Positions 1 to 12,289 of a stretch of DNA of 64,000 nt are shown here, piece after piece. This stretch comes from Epiperipatus broadwayi. Its lineage: Eukaryota > Animalia > Onychophora. Both the position numbers and the translations under genes were made by a program. Every line of letters begins with the position of its first letter. The stretch's first letter is position 1. The notes beneath the pieces were generated by a model. That model saw nothing but the letters and a program-made list of their open reading frames with translations. It did no database searches and had not been told where the DNA came from. The stretch lies in the NCBI GenBank assembly GCA_028023455.1, contig JAQFVV010000011.1:1240001-1304000 (forward strand), written 5' to 3'.

Positions 1-1345
1 ATTATGGAATTATAATAGATATCTTTAGGTAAGGAAATAGAAAAACTATTGGAAAGGTTATACACCAAATAAATGATAATGTTATACCAGTTAAATGGTA
101 GAATGTAGTACTACTATTATTATTTAAAAAAGGTGATAAAAAAGATATTAGAAATTACAGATTTATCAGACTTTTATTAGTTTTATACAAAATGTTAACC
201 AAGATAATTATAACTCTTCTCCAGCAAATTGTGATTTTAAACTACCAAAAGAACAAACAGGATTTAGAAGTGGTTTTAATGGCAGTGGATCACATTTAAG
301 TATTGAGAGAAATTATAGAAAGGACCAATAAGTATGAATTGCCACTATGTTTTGGATTTGTGGATTATGAAAATACTTAATTTTATAAGCAATTTTGGGG
401 TGATTAAAGCATTGGATCATCAAAATATAGATCCAAGATGTTGTCATATTTTGAAATTTTTTTTATCAAAATTCAATAGTTATGATTAAATTACACAGTT
501 ATACAAAGATCATTGAGAAGGGTGTGTGGTAGGATGACTCCATATCTCCAAAACTTTTTATTAAAGTTTTACAAAAGCTATTTTGTGGATTAAAATGGAA
601 AGCTACATGAACACAAGTAAATGGAGATTATTTAAGTCATCTAAATTTTACAGATGATGCAAATGGTTTTGCAAATAATGGTTTCAAGGAATGTTGCAAG
701 AGTTATCAGATGAAAGTAATATAATACGACTAAAGATCAGTCGATTTTCTCAAAAGAAGACAATAGATTGATACTGATGAATTAGAAGAAGTTAGTCATT
801 ACAAACACCTTGGTCAAATTATTAATAAAGATGTGAACATAATAGATAAAATTAATCATAGAATTACGCTTTTGATAAAAATAATATCAAAAGGAGATAT
901 ACCAAAGTGTCTGAAAAAGGTTTTAATAAATGTGTTTTATCAGTTCTTACTTATGGTTCTGAAACATTGGCACTCAACAGAAGAGCAATACAGAGACTTC
1001 AGACCACTCAGTGAAGTATGGAGAGAATATATATGATAGAAGTAACAAGTGACTGAAAATGAAATACATGGGTGAGAGAACTAACATATTACTAACATCA
1101 TTGAAAAAAATTAAGAAATTGAAGTGGAGCTGAGCTGGACACATTGCTAAAAGAGAGAATAATAGATGAACAGTTGAAATCCTAAATTGGATTCCAAGAG
1201 ACTGTAAAAAATGTAGAAAAAGATCTTACATGAGATGGATGGAATAATGATGTTTGCTGGTTTGATATGGAGAAGGATGGCTAGAAATTAAAGAAACTTA
1301 ATTAAATTTGGAGAGATCTTTATCCTGCAGTAGATAAATAATGGT
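1..1345 (+). mobile_element. Decayed RTE-clade non-LTR retrotransposon (RT domain through 3' end)
   Basis: Frameshifted RT motifs in order: FKKGDKKDIRNYR (~126-165), EQTGFRSG, FVDYE (~358), G-x-x-x-D-S-I-S-P-K-L-F (~528-560), LSHLNFTDD (~631-660, FADD-like), KLKWS*AGHI (~1120), PRDCK. Ends in a TGA-rich tail. Runs off the window start. Confidence 0.9.
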
Positions 1346-1399
1346 TGAAAATTATAGTGATGATGAACTTATTTTTTTTCTTACCCAACTTATCTACTT

Positions 1400-1975
1400 T
1401 TTTCATTCTTCATAATTATATATATATGTAATACATGCTATAAAATTATCTCTTTATTAACTTGGCATACTGTAAAACTTTCATGCCCAATGTGTTTCTG
1501 TCATCTCCATATAATCCAATTAAATATTATGTTTATTCATCTATTGTATCCCCCAAACATTTTTAGTTTCCCTCATTAAAAAAGAAGCCCACCCCATTTA
1601 ATCTTGAACAGTCTCATTTGCTGTTCACTATTCATCATCCAATGCAAAACTACCTACTTCTTTTTGTATTTTATTTAAACCATTTCCCAAATCCCTGACA
1701 ATACAAAGCACCCCATTTTCAAATATTAGACCGGGTAGCATAATTATTCTTTCAAAACTATTGTACATATACCATAGTCATTTTATTCCATTTAACAAAG
1801 TATTTAAAAGAATATTCTCCATTTCTTTAAGATAAATATTTCTCATTATTTTCCATTCTTTGGTTTTATCCGTTTCATTAAATATTAATATCTAAGCTTT
1901 TTCTCACTGAATTTAATTTGGATACAAGAGAATCACTGCACTATTAATTTTCCAAGTTCCAATTATAAAATCCCT
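1400..1975 (-). mobile_element. Decayed LINE APE-endonuclease fragment
   Basis: Purine-rich minus strand with endonuclease-like words (MTMVYV, CIVRD resembling GDFN); composition matches the LINE at 3340-6300. Many stops. Confidence 0.5.
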
Positions 1976-1978
1976 ATT

Positions 1979-2650
1979 AATATATATTAAGGCTATAATC
2001 TTAAGACTATGCATCTAGATGTGACAGCCTCTACAAATCTTAAACAAAAGATTAACAACTTTAAAAGATAAGAGCGGCCATTCTTAGACCTACCTTTTAA
2101 TTATATAGATGAATCTAAAGCATTTTGATTTGATTTCATGCTCTCAAATCAAAATGCTTTAGATTCGCCTATATAATTAAAAAGTCAGAGATAATAGTGG
2201 CCGCTCTTGTCTTTTAAAGTCATTAATCTTGTGTTTAAGATTTGTAGAGATCCCTACTGTCAGACCTAGGTGCATAGTCTTAAAGTTATAGCCTTAATAT
2301 ATATTACTTAGGTAATGAGTATGCACTTAACAAATTATTAATTACAAACTTTAAATTGTCTTAAAATATTTCTATTTATAAAAACTTCACACTGACTTGC
2401 TGTAAATCAAAAGATTTCGCATATGTTAGCTTGTATAGAAATTGTGGACTTGCTTTAGATTCGCCTATATAATTAAAAAGTAGGTCAAAAATGAGAGTGA
2501 CCACTCTTGTCTTTTAAAGTTGTTAATCTTGTGTTAAAGATTTGTAGAGGTCCCTACTGACACATCTAAGTGCATAGTCTTAAAGTTATAGCCTTAATAT
2601 ATATTACTTAGGTAATGAGTATGTGCTTAACAAATTATTAATTACAAATT
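1979..2650. mobile_element. Fold-back PLE-type insertion (family P3): ~155-bp inverted arms plus a tandem second copy
   Basis: Arms 1979-2133 and 2144-2305 around a 10-nt loop. Segment ~2157-2350 is repeated directly at ~2454-2650. Same family as 38800-39095. Confidence 0.75.
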
Positions 2651-2744
2651 CTTATTGTAATCTTTCTAAGTCAACCTCCAAATCTCTTAAAGTGGTCTTA
2701 TTATATGCCTTTTTTATTTGTATGTTGATGACATGATTAATGAC

Positions 2745-2830
2745 AATATTAGAATAGGATTCAAACCACTGGCCTTTAGATCCATGAACTTCTGAATATA
2801 AAATGACACTTGGGCCAAGTAAGCTACTTT
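2745..2830 (-). mobile_element. Fragment of tRNA-derived SINE family B
   Basis: Similar to the head at 25590-25675 (ggattcaaacc...cctttagat...gaa...ccaa). Confidence 0.5.
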
Positions 2831-2847
2831 ATTAAATGCTAACAGTC

Positions 2848-3040
2848 AGTCAAATTTTGATCTCTTTATTCTTTTAAGGACAAGATCAAAGAATGGCTTC
2901 CAAATATTATGGATTATCATGGTAGATTGACTTATAGGATTATTTGTTATCATTTATGATCAGCTTCTTTAAATTCTTTTTACTTTGTTCTCTCTAATAA
3001 ATATCCTTCAATATAAATACCAACGATTTATGAGTATGAC
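2848..3040 (-). mobile_element. Penelope GIY-YIG C-terminal remnant
   Basis: Reverse complement aligns by eye to 36505-36640 (aatttaaagaagctg...aataatcc...agtcaa.cta...gataa..cataat.ttggaagc). Confidence 0.55.
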
Positions 3041-3339
3041 CACCAGTTAGTTGAAAGCAGGTTCAGCACATTATGTTGAGGTATTTAACATTTTTATTTT
3101 AAATTATAATACTTTCTTTAGTATACATGTTGCATGTATTATTTATATTGAATTACACTTTTCTGAGAAAAGTTTAAAAATATTAGAACTAATATTCTTG
3201 TATTTTTCCAATTCAACATATGCTCATTGGTGTGTGCATAATTTGAATTTTTTAAAGTTGTTATTAATATTCTTACTATAAACCTTTTTTATATATAAAA
3301 ATATAATAAATAATGGTTTATTTTTTAATAAGCCATTTC

Positions 3340-6300
3340 AATTGAGATACAATGAATAAATTATCTGCTATAATCTTTGTAGAATAAAATCCATTCTGAA
3401 ATTTTCCAAAATTTCATTATCTTTCATCCAAGCCCTTAACAACCTCAAATTTTTTAGCTTTATAAGATAATCAATATCGCACACCCATTTATCTGGAATC
3501 TTATTATCAATTATAATTTTATTGAAACTTACTTTTAAATCAATCCTTTCATCATTTCTCATATTTATCACCACTTCAGCTACAATACCATCTAGTCCTA
3601 TTGCTTTTTGTTTTTAAATCTACCTATTAAGCTCTTCAATTTACCACCTATCACTCTATCCATCTTGTCATGAATTAAGTTTTGTGATGAATCATATTTT
3701 CTTACCAATTCTTCACTCAAAAATTTGTTAAAAATCAAGTAATTATTTTTTTCCTCTATCTTTACATTTTCTTTTCTCTACCATTGTTTTCTTTACATTT
3801 CGTTTTCTTTGTATTTAATAATATAACATGCAGTTCTTTTTTATTTGTTTTCTTCATATATTTTCAAATTTTTTCATCCCTTCCCCTCCTTATTAATTTC
3901 CTCCATTAACTTCTTATTATATTTAACCTATTTCATCTCTATTCTAGTCTAGCTATTTTTTTTTCCTAAAATATCTATCCCTCCTGTTATTTCTTCTTTT
4001 TCTATTTATTTTTAAACAATCTCTTCACAATTCTTATATGCCTTTTTTCTTTTTATACTTTCCCTGCCATATTATTCCTATTGATTCTAAATAATCATTC
4101 ACAATTTTCTTCACTATATCTTTCAAGTCTTCATAATTTTTTTTAGTCAACATTTTCCATAATTTTATTATTAAAGTTACTCAATTTAATCTCATTACTT
4201 ACTTTCTATCCACACCTACTATTAAAACCTTTGGGTGTTTTATTATTAATCTTTTAAATATCCTAAATTTTATCAGCATGATCACTATCATATTCTTTTT
4301 CATCAAGCATTATTTCCAAGCTGAAGGAATTTCGCCATAAGGACAGTATCACCTCATCCAAATTTTTATTTGACAACACATGGAGCTTGATTAAACTAGA
4401 TTAAACAACACCAGTAGCACATCAGACCATCTGGTTGCCCGAGCAACACGGATTACTTTTATTTTATTTACAATTGTATCATTCTTACATATGTATTTCA
4501 ATAAAGTTATTTATATATAATCTTTTTTTTTATTTATCTTTGTCTACCAACATAATCAACAGTATATTTCAAATTCTGTCCTCAATCATGTAAATTCCGT
4601 AATACATACTTTATTCAAATTCCCAATCTTGAACTTAGTTTGCTCCTACAATCTTATTAATAATGCTTCATTTATATTCTCAATTCCATCAATTTTATTA
4701 ACACAAAACTCATTTATATCCCCAAACATACATTCTCAATTATTCCCATTCCACATTTTCATGACCTTATTGTTTCCTATAACTACATATACTTTCCCTT
4801 TATCCAGTTTCAATATAACTCACATACTTTTATTACAATTTATTTTTATGGTATTATTCTTATAATGCACACCCTTTTTTCTTACATCTATTTAGCCTTT
4901 TCTATTCACATTTTAACAATATGGTTCTTCTTCAATTCTCAAAAGTATCTTCACTACTGTTAACAAATCTATTGTCTTTTATTAAAAAAAATTCCTAATT
5001 TCTCCACTTATTATTATCTTTAACATCTTTTATATTTATAAAACTGTTTTATATTAACAATATTAATCTTTTTTAAAACTATCATTTGCTTATAACTATT
5101 TCCAAAATCTTCTGAAAAATTATTTCTCTATCTTTACATTCTCTAACACATTGCTTTTTATGTTAGTTACTTCTTAAATATAAAAACATCCATTTTATTT
5201 CTATTTTTCAGATTAATGAAACTTTGCATATTATTTCTGGCACTCCAAATCAATACCATATCCCTTCAGCTAACCTTGAATGCAGCTTAGCAACTATCAA
5301 TGAATTCAACAAGATTGTCGAGCTACCAAATCATCCAACCAATCACATTCTGATCAACCCAAACATCAAGTTAAAATCAAGGCACATTTTCTGGCTTACT
5401 GCCAATTCTCAACAGCCAACCAAATTGGATATCAACAGCATGTGGATACGTGACTGGAATAACTTCAACATAAATAATCATACTCTAATAGCTGACTCTA
5501 CTCTCAGTATATGTTTTCTCTCTTCCAAGCAAACTCTGGTTGAAGATTAATGGAATCAGAACAGGCCAGGGTAAATGTCTTTATTTGATGCATAAGTGGG
5601 AATTTATAGACTCTCCATATTGTGAGTGTAGAAAATGACAAACTATGTACATATTTATAGGAAGTGTTCAATTTATCAGGTCCCTGTTGGCCTCTTTGCT
5701 GAACATAGCTTGGAGAAATTAGCTCTTGATTGGTTAAGAACTGTTGGTGTTGAATTTTAATGTGCCAACACCATACACTAAATAAATAATTTCTTTTCTA
5801 ATAATACACCTTTATTTATATTTGCAGATATGTTATCTGTCTTCTTTATTAGCTTAATGGACAATACATTTTGTTAAAAAATAATTCATATTTCATTCTT
5901 CCTCTTTAATAAATGTTATCTATACTTTTTAAGTAAATCTTATTTTTAATAAACATATCTGACACATCTAAAACATTAACACCATTAATTCTCACACAAA
6001 CCTTTTAGCTTTAAATTAATTTCACAAATCTTATTTAAATTTACCCTATTACCAAACTTTGAAAATAATCTATCCCTATGATCATTAATTTCATTTAATT
6101 GAATAATTATACTTTTAAAATATGTTATTATTTTTTCAGTTTTTCTTACCTTAACATTGTTTATGAATTTGATTTTTTCATTCTAACAATATCTAAAATT
6201 GCAGTATATGTTAGACACAACCTACATTTTGTCTTTGTCCTTTCTCTCATTCAAACAATTTCTAGTAATTCGTTCTTCCTATTTTTAATTCCACGTGACT
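3340..6300 (-). mobile_element. Decayed CR1/L2-like LINE: putative esterase-like ORF1 (~5850-6300), APE endonuclease (~4270-5200), linker and RT N-terminus (~3340-3620); interrupted by insertions
   Basis: Minus strand gives MFGDINE (GDFN-like, ~4730), EYDSDH (~4280, APE SDH motif), GLDGIVAEVV...FNKII...IPDKW...ENF (RT entry, ORF 3368-3574). The ORF1 stretch NGVNVLDVSDMFIKNKIYLKSIDNIY*RG resembles an SGNH D-x-x-H-L end; that part is weaker. Confidence 0.7.
5205..5790 (+). mobile_element. 5'-truncated Ingi/Vingi-like (I-group) LINE 3' end
   Basis: INETLHIISGTP...KLKSR..FW...DINSMW..W...LIADST (ORF 5224-5550), then GIRTGQGKC, HKW, C-x-C...QTM zinc-knuckle remnant, and a ccatacactaaataaataa tail. 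Clade assignment is from recall. Confidence 0.7.
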
Positions 6301-6339
6301 CAAACTCTATATCAATTAAATATTTCTTATAAATGTCCA

Positions 6340-6480
6340 ATATTTTGGCATTTTGGTCTACATTGGAAAAAGAAGAGTTATCTTGGATTACACATTGAAT
6401 ATACAAACTACCAAAATCCGATAAGCAAAAAAAAATGTCTGTACATAATTTTTGTGATATCCACCACTACAGATATGTTA
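6340..6480 (+). mobile_element. Possible Penelope GIY-YIG C-terminal remnant
   Basis: HWKKKSYLGLHIEYTNYQNPISK resembles KKKFKEAAHIKMANNPLSQ at 36520-36575. Confidence 0.35.
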
Positions 6481-7159
6481 AAAAGTCCTTAAATAATAAT
6501 CCTAATTATGCAGCAACCCATTCAGAGTCTTTTAAAATCATCAAGCAGATTCGAAGTTTGTGACCACTAATATTAAAAATGTAGTATCAAGTAATAAAAG
6601 ATCATTTATGTTTTCAATATATATTTTTATTGAAAAAATAAAAAAGGGAAACTTAAAACTAGTTGGATATTTGACATTGAATACATACATATATTTATTT
6701 CAATCACATTGCAACACATAATCACAAAATTTCTTCTAATGCTTTAAATTTAAGTTTACAATTTTGCATATTCAGTATAGTCATCCTGGGCCCTGGATAC
6801 CCTTGCTATAAATCAACTTTTCCAATAGATAGCTCCATCCCAAATTTTTATTTTAGGAATGGTTCCTTACATCAAAAATTTAATTGAAAGAAAACCTATA
6901 AATAGTAACATCTATCATAGACAATCATCATTGGGTGTACAGCATGATATTTGCAATTAAATAGTGCATCCTCTCTTTCTTTGAACATTCATATTTATAC
7001 CACCAACAAACACTGACTTCGTGATATGCATCCAAGAGCAGTTATCATTATCCTACTCTAGATATATCTACTGTTGAATAATTAGTGGTTGCTAAATGTC
7101 ATGTGATATTGTTATTTATCTTTCTAGCCAAAAAATAGGAAGAACCTACAATTGTTATA

Positions 7160-7210
7160 GAACCACTAAACATCACATGGCACTACTATATGGAGAGTGT
7201 TGTTTTGTTT
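7160..7210 (+). mobile_element. Fragment of fold-back family P1
   Basis: accactaaacatcacatg joined to ggcactactatatggagag; both strings occur in P1 copies (56186-56345). Confidence 0.55.
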
Positions 7211-7455
7211 TGAATTGTTATAGAATTGAGATCTCTAAAATATGTAGAAATTGACTTAGCATTATTTTTATATAGCCTAACCAAGTGAGTTTTCAATTCA
7301 CCATCTTGAACAGTATAAAGGAGTAAAATATAGCTACTACTATGTACACATGCATTCATTTTAGCTTTGAATCACAGTTTTCATTAAAAAGGCAAAAGCC
7401 AAAAAGGGGTTAGCCTGTAGATAAAATTTTGGGACAGTATATCATTTGTCATCTA

Positions 7456-7731
7456 TTAGAAGTATATACTGTTATTCTTCTCCTTCACTTTCTTTGCATT
7501 TCTTCATATATTCATATATATTGCTTATAATAACCTCTCTCATATACACTTTAATGCAAACTTTTTTTTTAAATAAAACTTTTTTTATTTTCCTGACAGT
7601 TTCAACTGTCCAGCAATCTTCATCAGAGCATTCTCAATTTCCTCTAGATGAGAATGCTGTCAAGAAAATAAAGAAGTTTTATTAAAAAATTTTTTTTGCA
7701 TTAAAGTGTTTATGAGAGATGTTATTATAAG
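7456..7731 (-). mobile_element. Fold-back PLE-type insertion (family P4) with 13-bp TSD
   Basis: TSD catttgtcatcta at 7443-7455 and 7732-7744. Inverted arms ~7517-7598 and ~7654-7733. Contains a hammerhead motif. Confidence 0.8.
7592..7630 (-). ncRNA. Minimal type-I hammerhead ribozyme motif
   Basis: Minus strand: gcu CUGAUGA a GAUUG cugga CAGUU GAAA C u GUC agg. Core is intact, stem II pairs with G-U wobbles, stem I is weak. Confidence 0.65.
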
Positions 7732-7929
7732 CATTTGTCATCTACTGATTATAGTTTATAAATCTAGAATAGAGTGAAGATAACTGTTGATTTATGCTTT
7801 TTTTGCAAATAACAAAAATGATATCAAACACTACATTTTATGCTTCTTGCTAAGAGATTCAGAAAAAAAATTATATTTTGGTGATCAGGCCAAACCATGT
7901 TATTGTTTCAATATCTTTTTTTTTTTTTT

Positions 7930-8330
7930 TTAGGAAAACTGGGTATGAAAATTATCTGAGATTTTATATAAGTGATAACAATAGCAATGAGTAAGTAGAA
8001 CTATGATGTAGTAATAAAAAAACTTCATAGTATAATGATGAACCCACTTCCTTCCAGAATCATAACCTAGAATTTGAATGCAGGCCAGGGTAAAATGGAC
8101 TCTTTTTTTTTGGTAAATAGTAAAGTAAGGATTTCTCTTTTAAGTATCATATAGCTAATCCAGATAGACATCCTATTTTTGGGTGTCTTAGCTAGAGAAT
8201 AAAACACAGAAGGGGGAAAAGAAGTTAAAGCCTCATCATTTAGAGTTTGGATAACTGGTTGTTCAATGTCTTCTCTTTTATTACTCTTTTTAGAAAACTA
8301 TTGGAGTGACTACTGCTCTGTAGTGACTTA
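7930..8330 (+). mobile_element. Highly decayed LINE post-RT fragment
   Basis: Weak words (NYDV for LDYG, FQNHNL, HPIFG...RR) typical of I/Jockey-group ORF2 tails. Confidence 0.3.
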
Positions 8331-9109
8331 TTTAAAGATTGTCACAAATATATACAAAACCTATCATTACTGCAATGTAACATTTTAAGTAGCAGTTGGA
8401 TTGTTAAAAAGATAGATCAGATTATTTATATAGTATAAATAAATAAAAAAACAGTTAAATGATTAATTGTTCAGGAATTCATAAGAAGTTTGTGTAGCAA
8501 TGAGAGCTGAATTATGTTCCATGGAATTTGAGATTTAAATCTTGCTCAAGTTCTATAGATCAAGGCCCAGTTACATCATACTTGATGCTCAAACTTTTTA
8601 TCAGTTCTTAAACAATAAATCATTCCATTATATATATATTGATTTACAATTGTGTATGATATACAAAACCAAACATTTTCAATGGAATGTTATCAGTTTA
8701 TTCCCAAAACAAAAAAAAAATTATGATAGTGAAAAGTTTCTAACATCCAAACACTTTTACATCAAATTGTAAGTGCAAAGACTAATGCCACTATATGATT
8801 TATTGGTTCACCTAATCAAGGATTAGAGAATCATAACGGGATTAAACCAGTAAAACAGTACATATTAATGTTTTATGAGTTGATGGGCTTTCATTTAATG
8901 CAAAAAAATTGTAATGTGAAAGAAACAAATACATGAAGCAGTTTCGTTTTGTTTGAAACATTTACCCAAATGTTAAAAAAACTAAATTATTTGGATTTTT
9001 TTTTTTAATTAACAATATTTTTTGTATAATATATGCTAATAAATTACACTTATCGACATATCATTTAACTTGTGTGATAAATTAGAAACAAATCTCTATT
9101 CTAATGTAA

Positions 9110-9690
9110 TCTTAGTAATTTGAACAATCAATAACTATCAAACATTAGTGCAACTAAATCCCCATCCTTATGATTTATCAATAAATACTTAGGATTCAAA
9201 ATTAGAACCAATGTAGTTATGCTTGGCTTTAAAAATGGAGGATTTTTTTTTCTTCAGACTTTTAGCTTGGTAGTAGAGAAGAAGTTAAAAGTGGTTACCA
9301 AATATATAACTATAGTGGTTTTAGCTCTGCATCCCAAGAATTCATAGATAAAGTTACAAACAAGAGGCCAATACGATGATTTAGGTGCAATCTTTAATAA
9401 CTTGAATAATTACCAGACATTAGTGCATCTAAATTACCACCTCTTCTGGCTTTTGTCTTTATCAATAAGGACTTGGGATTCAAAAGTGGAACCAATGCAC
9501 TTATACTTGAGATTAAAACATGAGGATTTTTTTGTACTCCAGGTTTTTTAGCTTGGTAATAGACAAGAAATTAAAAGTAGTTACCAAATATGTAATTATA
9601 TTGGTTTTAGTATTATGTCCCAAGGACCCATAGATAAAGACTAAACCAAAAACCAATCTGGCAATAGTGATTTAAATGCACAATTACCCA
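9110..9690. repeat. Tandem dimer of a ~285-bp MITE-like unit
   Basis: Two diverged direct copies starting near 9140 and 9419. Each has ~55-bp imperfect inverted ends (agtgcaactaaatc / gatttaggtgcaat; tttatcaataaatacttaggat / atcccaagaattcatagataaa). Confidence 0.65.
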
Positions 9691-10734
9691 GTAATCATTG
9701 ATTACTGTTTTAAACTAAAGAATGTCTTTGAGCAAAGAGCTGCTCGTGTTTATATAAACTGGATCTAATTTTGTTCAATTAAGTACTGTATAGGCAAACA
9801 TTTATCGGTACCCATTTATCTTAGGCAAATTTAAGCAATACACTTAATTTTTCTTTTAGTTAATTTTTTTAAAACAACAAATCCAGTAATATTTTATAAA
9901 TATTTTTTCTTTTAATCATCCATAAAATGTGCTGATCAAGCCCAAGGACAAAGAGTATCAGAAAAAGGATTTCACGATACATTTTTCATTCTTTAAATAA
10001 TGAGCTAATAGAGGGCACTTAAAATTTATCATAGAGGGCACTTAAAAACTCTCATTTAAAATCATACACTTATTATAGTAATGGTATTTCTATTCAAAAT
10101 ATAACTAACTCAATAATGAAATATGTTTGAAATGCACGAAGTATAGTATTCTGCTTTCAGATATTTTGTAAACATTATTAATAATCGTATATATAAAATA
10201 ATAATTTGTGCATATTGATATTTGAAAGCACTAATATTTATAAAGGTGTATCAACATTCGTTTGTGTGCATACCGTACCATATAAATTTGAAAAATGCTT
10301 TTATTATATCAAATTAATTTATTGATATTTAATTAACTACTAGAAGCTCTTTCATAAAAAATAATTATTAAATTAAAAAATCTATATAAATAATTTGTGT
10401 AATTAAAAAATAATTTAACTTCCTCTACACACACTTTCCAATTCTCAGACAAATCAGTCTGCAAACACGAGCTTGTGAATCAACAAGATTTTTTTAAAAA
10501 AAGGTCATAGGGGGCTGTTAAAAGGAATTCAATTAAACGTAACTGCGTGTTTGTTGTGACTAACAAACTTAGTAATAAAACTATAATTAAAGAATTACAA
10601 TGCCAGAATTAATTAAATCATATATATTAGGAATGAAATAATATCTTTTAAAATTAAAAGGTTATACATTTTAAGTAATAACAATTTAGTATAATTTATT
10701 AAATATGTATGTTACGTGTGTACGTTCACATATA

Positions 10735-11167
10735 TGTTACTATTCGGCTGGCTTCATTTGTCAACTTCGGGATTTGGACTATACGTTGCAAACTATTGTT
10801 TGAAAGTGGGATTGACCATAGTCCCGAGGACCTCCTTATAAATTTCATACGGAAGGCTAGGGAGATTGACAAGAGGACTTGCCCAGAACAGTTGATGATT
10901 CAGACCTGGGATCAACTAAAAATTTAAGTTTCAAGACATTCTGTTTCATTCTATGGACGATGCCTCTGACCTTGTCAGGACAGATTCTCCCCCTATTGCT
11001 GTGATGACAGGGATGGTATGACCTACCTCCTAACCATCCTATTTGAACTGTATTCCTGGAAACCCATTGCAAACAATGCTTGTTAACAGCAGCTCTAACT
11101 ATTACCTGTATACACAATTATGTACCTTACTCTATAATTGAATAAAATATATTTTTTGAAAGTAACA
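10735..11167 (+). mobile_element. Solo LTR (433 bp)
   Basis: TGTTAC...GTAACA ends, AATAAA at 11141, higher GC than the flanks. Flanks atata/ataca could be a one-mismatch TSD. Confidence 0.7.
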
Positions 11168-12289
11168 ATACATTTGCAGATTGTTGAGATAAGATAACAA
11201 GCCAGTCGTTCAACTAAAGATGTTTACTGTCTATTCAGCTTAATATATAATATTCTAGCAAATATAATCTAATATCTCTAATCCTGTTAGCCGTTTGGAT
11301 GTATAAAATTTTGTGGATCCAAGAATAGACCTTTCCAAACTCTGCTAAAAATGTAGATAAATAGTACTTTTTTCTACGATAAAAATAGATTACACATTTT
11401 CTGTATATTATACAAATTTATTCTATCAATAACAATTTAAAGCTTTAAAATCCAATGTATGCTTATTTTTTATATTGGTATAAATAAAATTATTAGCCGG
11501 TTAATAAATGTTCACTTTCACTATTGTATAAAATCTTTATTTTATACTAAAACTCAATAGGTTGAACTTAATTTCTTTTTAATTTAATTTTATAAATGAA
11601 AACATATTTGGTGTTTTTAAATATTTAAAAACTGACTTGTAAATCAAACAATGTATCTTATACTCATTAACCAAGTTAGTGTAAACATTCTTTCAAAAAA
11701 AGTTCTTTTTCTTTCTAATGGAAATGAAAATGAACCCAGGCAGATTTATGATATATCTATCAAATTCTGCTTTAATATCTGATATTTTTTTATAGTAATT
11801 ACAATACTGGAAAAATTTTAACACCATGTCGATTTTGATAGATAATGACATAATAGATGCTATCCGTTTTTGTCATTATATTATCTTATGGCCAAGTTTT
11901 ATTAACTTTTATTTCTAAAAATAAGAGATAAATAAATAAATTGAAAGTTTACATGTGTAATTTCATTTTTGTTTTAAGTTATAATCAACTAATTAGTGTG
12001 TAAAATAATCAAAAATATTTTGTCAAACAATGTGGTATTCCTCTAAACATCACATGATCACCATCCTGCCTAATAGGATAGTGGTGGCTATGGTTATTAA
12101 AGAACCAAAGACACCAAAATGTATGTGTATTGAACTGAGTTCAGACCTATATGACTACATAAGCTAATGATGGTCATAAGCTTCTTGACTTCATCTGCCA
12201 ACACCTGATCGAGGCATCTCGGCAGTCCAGCTCCACTATTTATCAGACCAAATGGCATTCTATTAAATTGATATGAATATCCCTCATAT

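Noticed and set aside
10709-11117. ORFs 10709-10927 and 10857-11117
   Set aside because: They lie in a 433-bp solo LTR, overlap on opposite strands and show no recognisable motifs.
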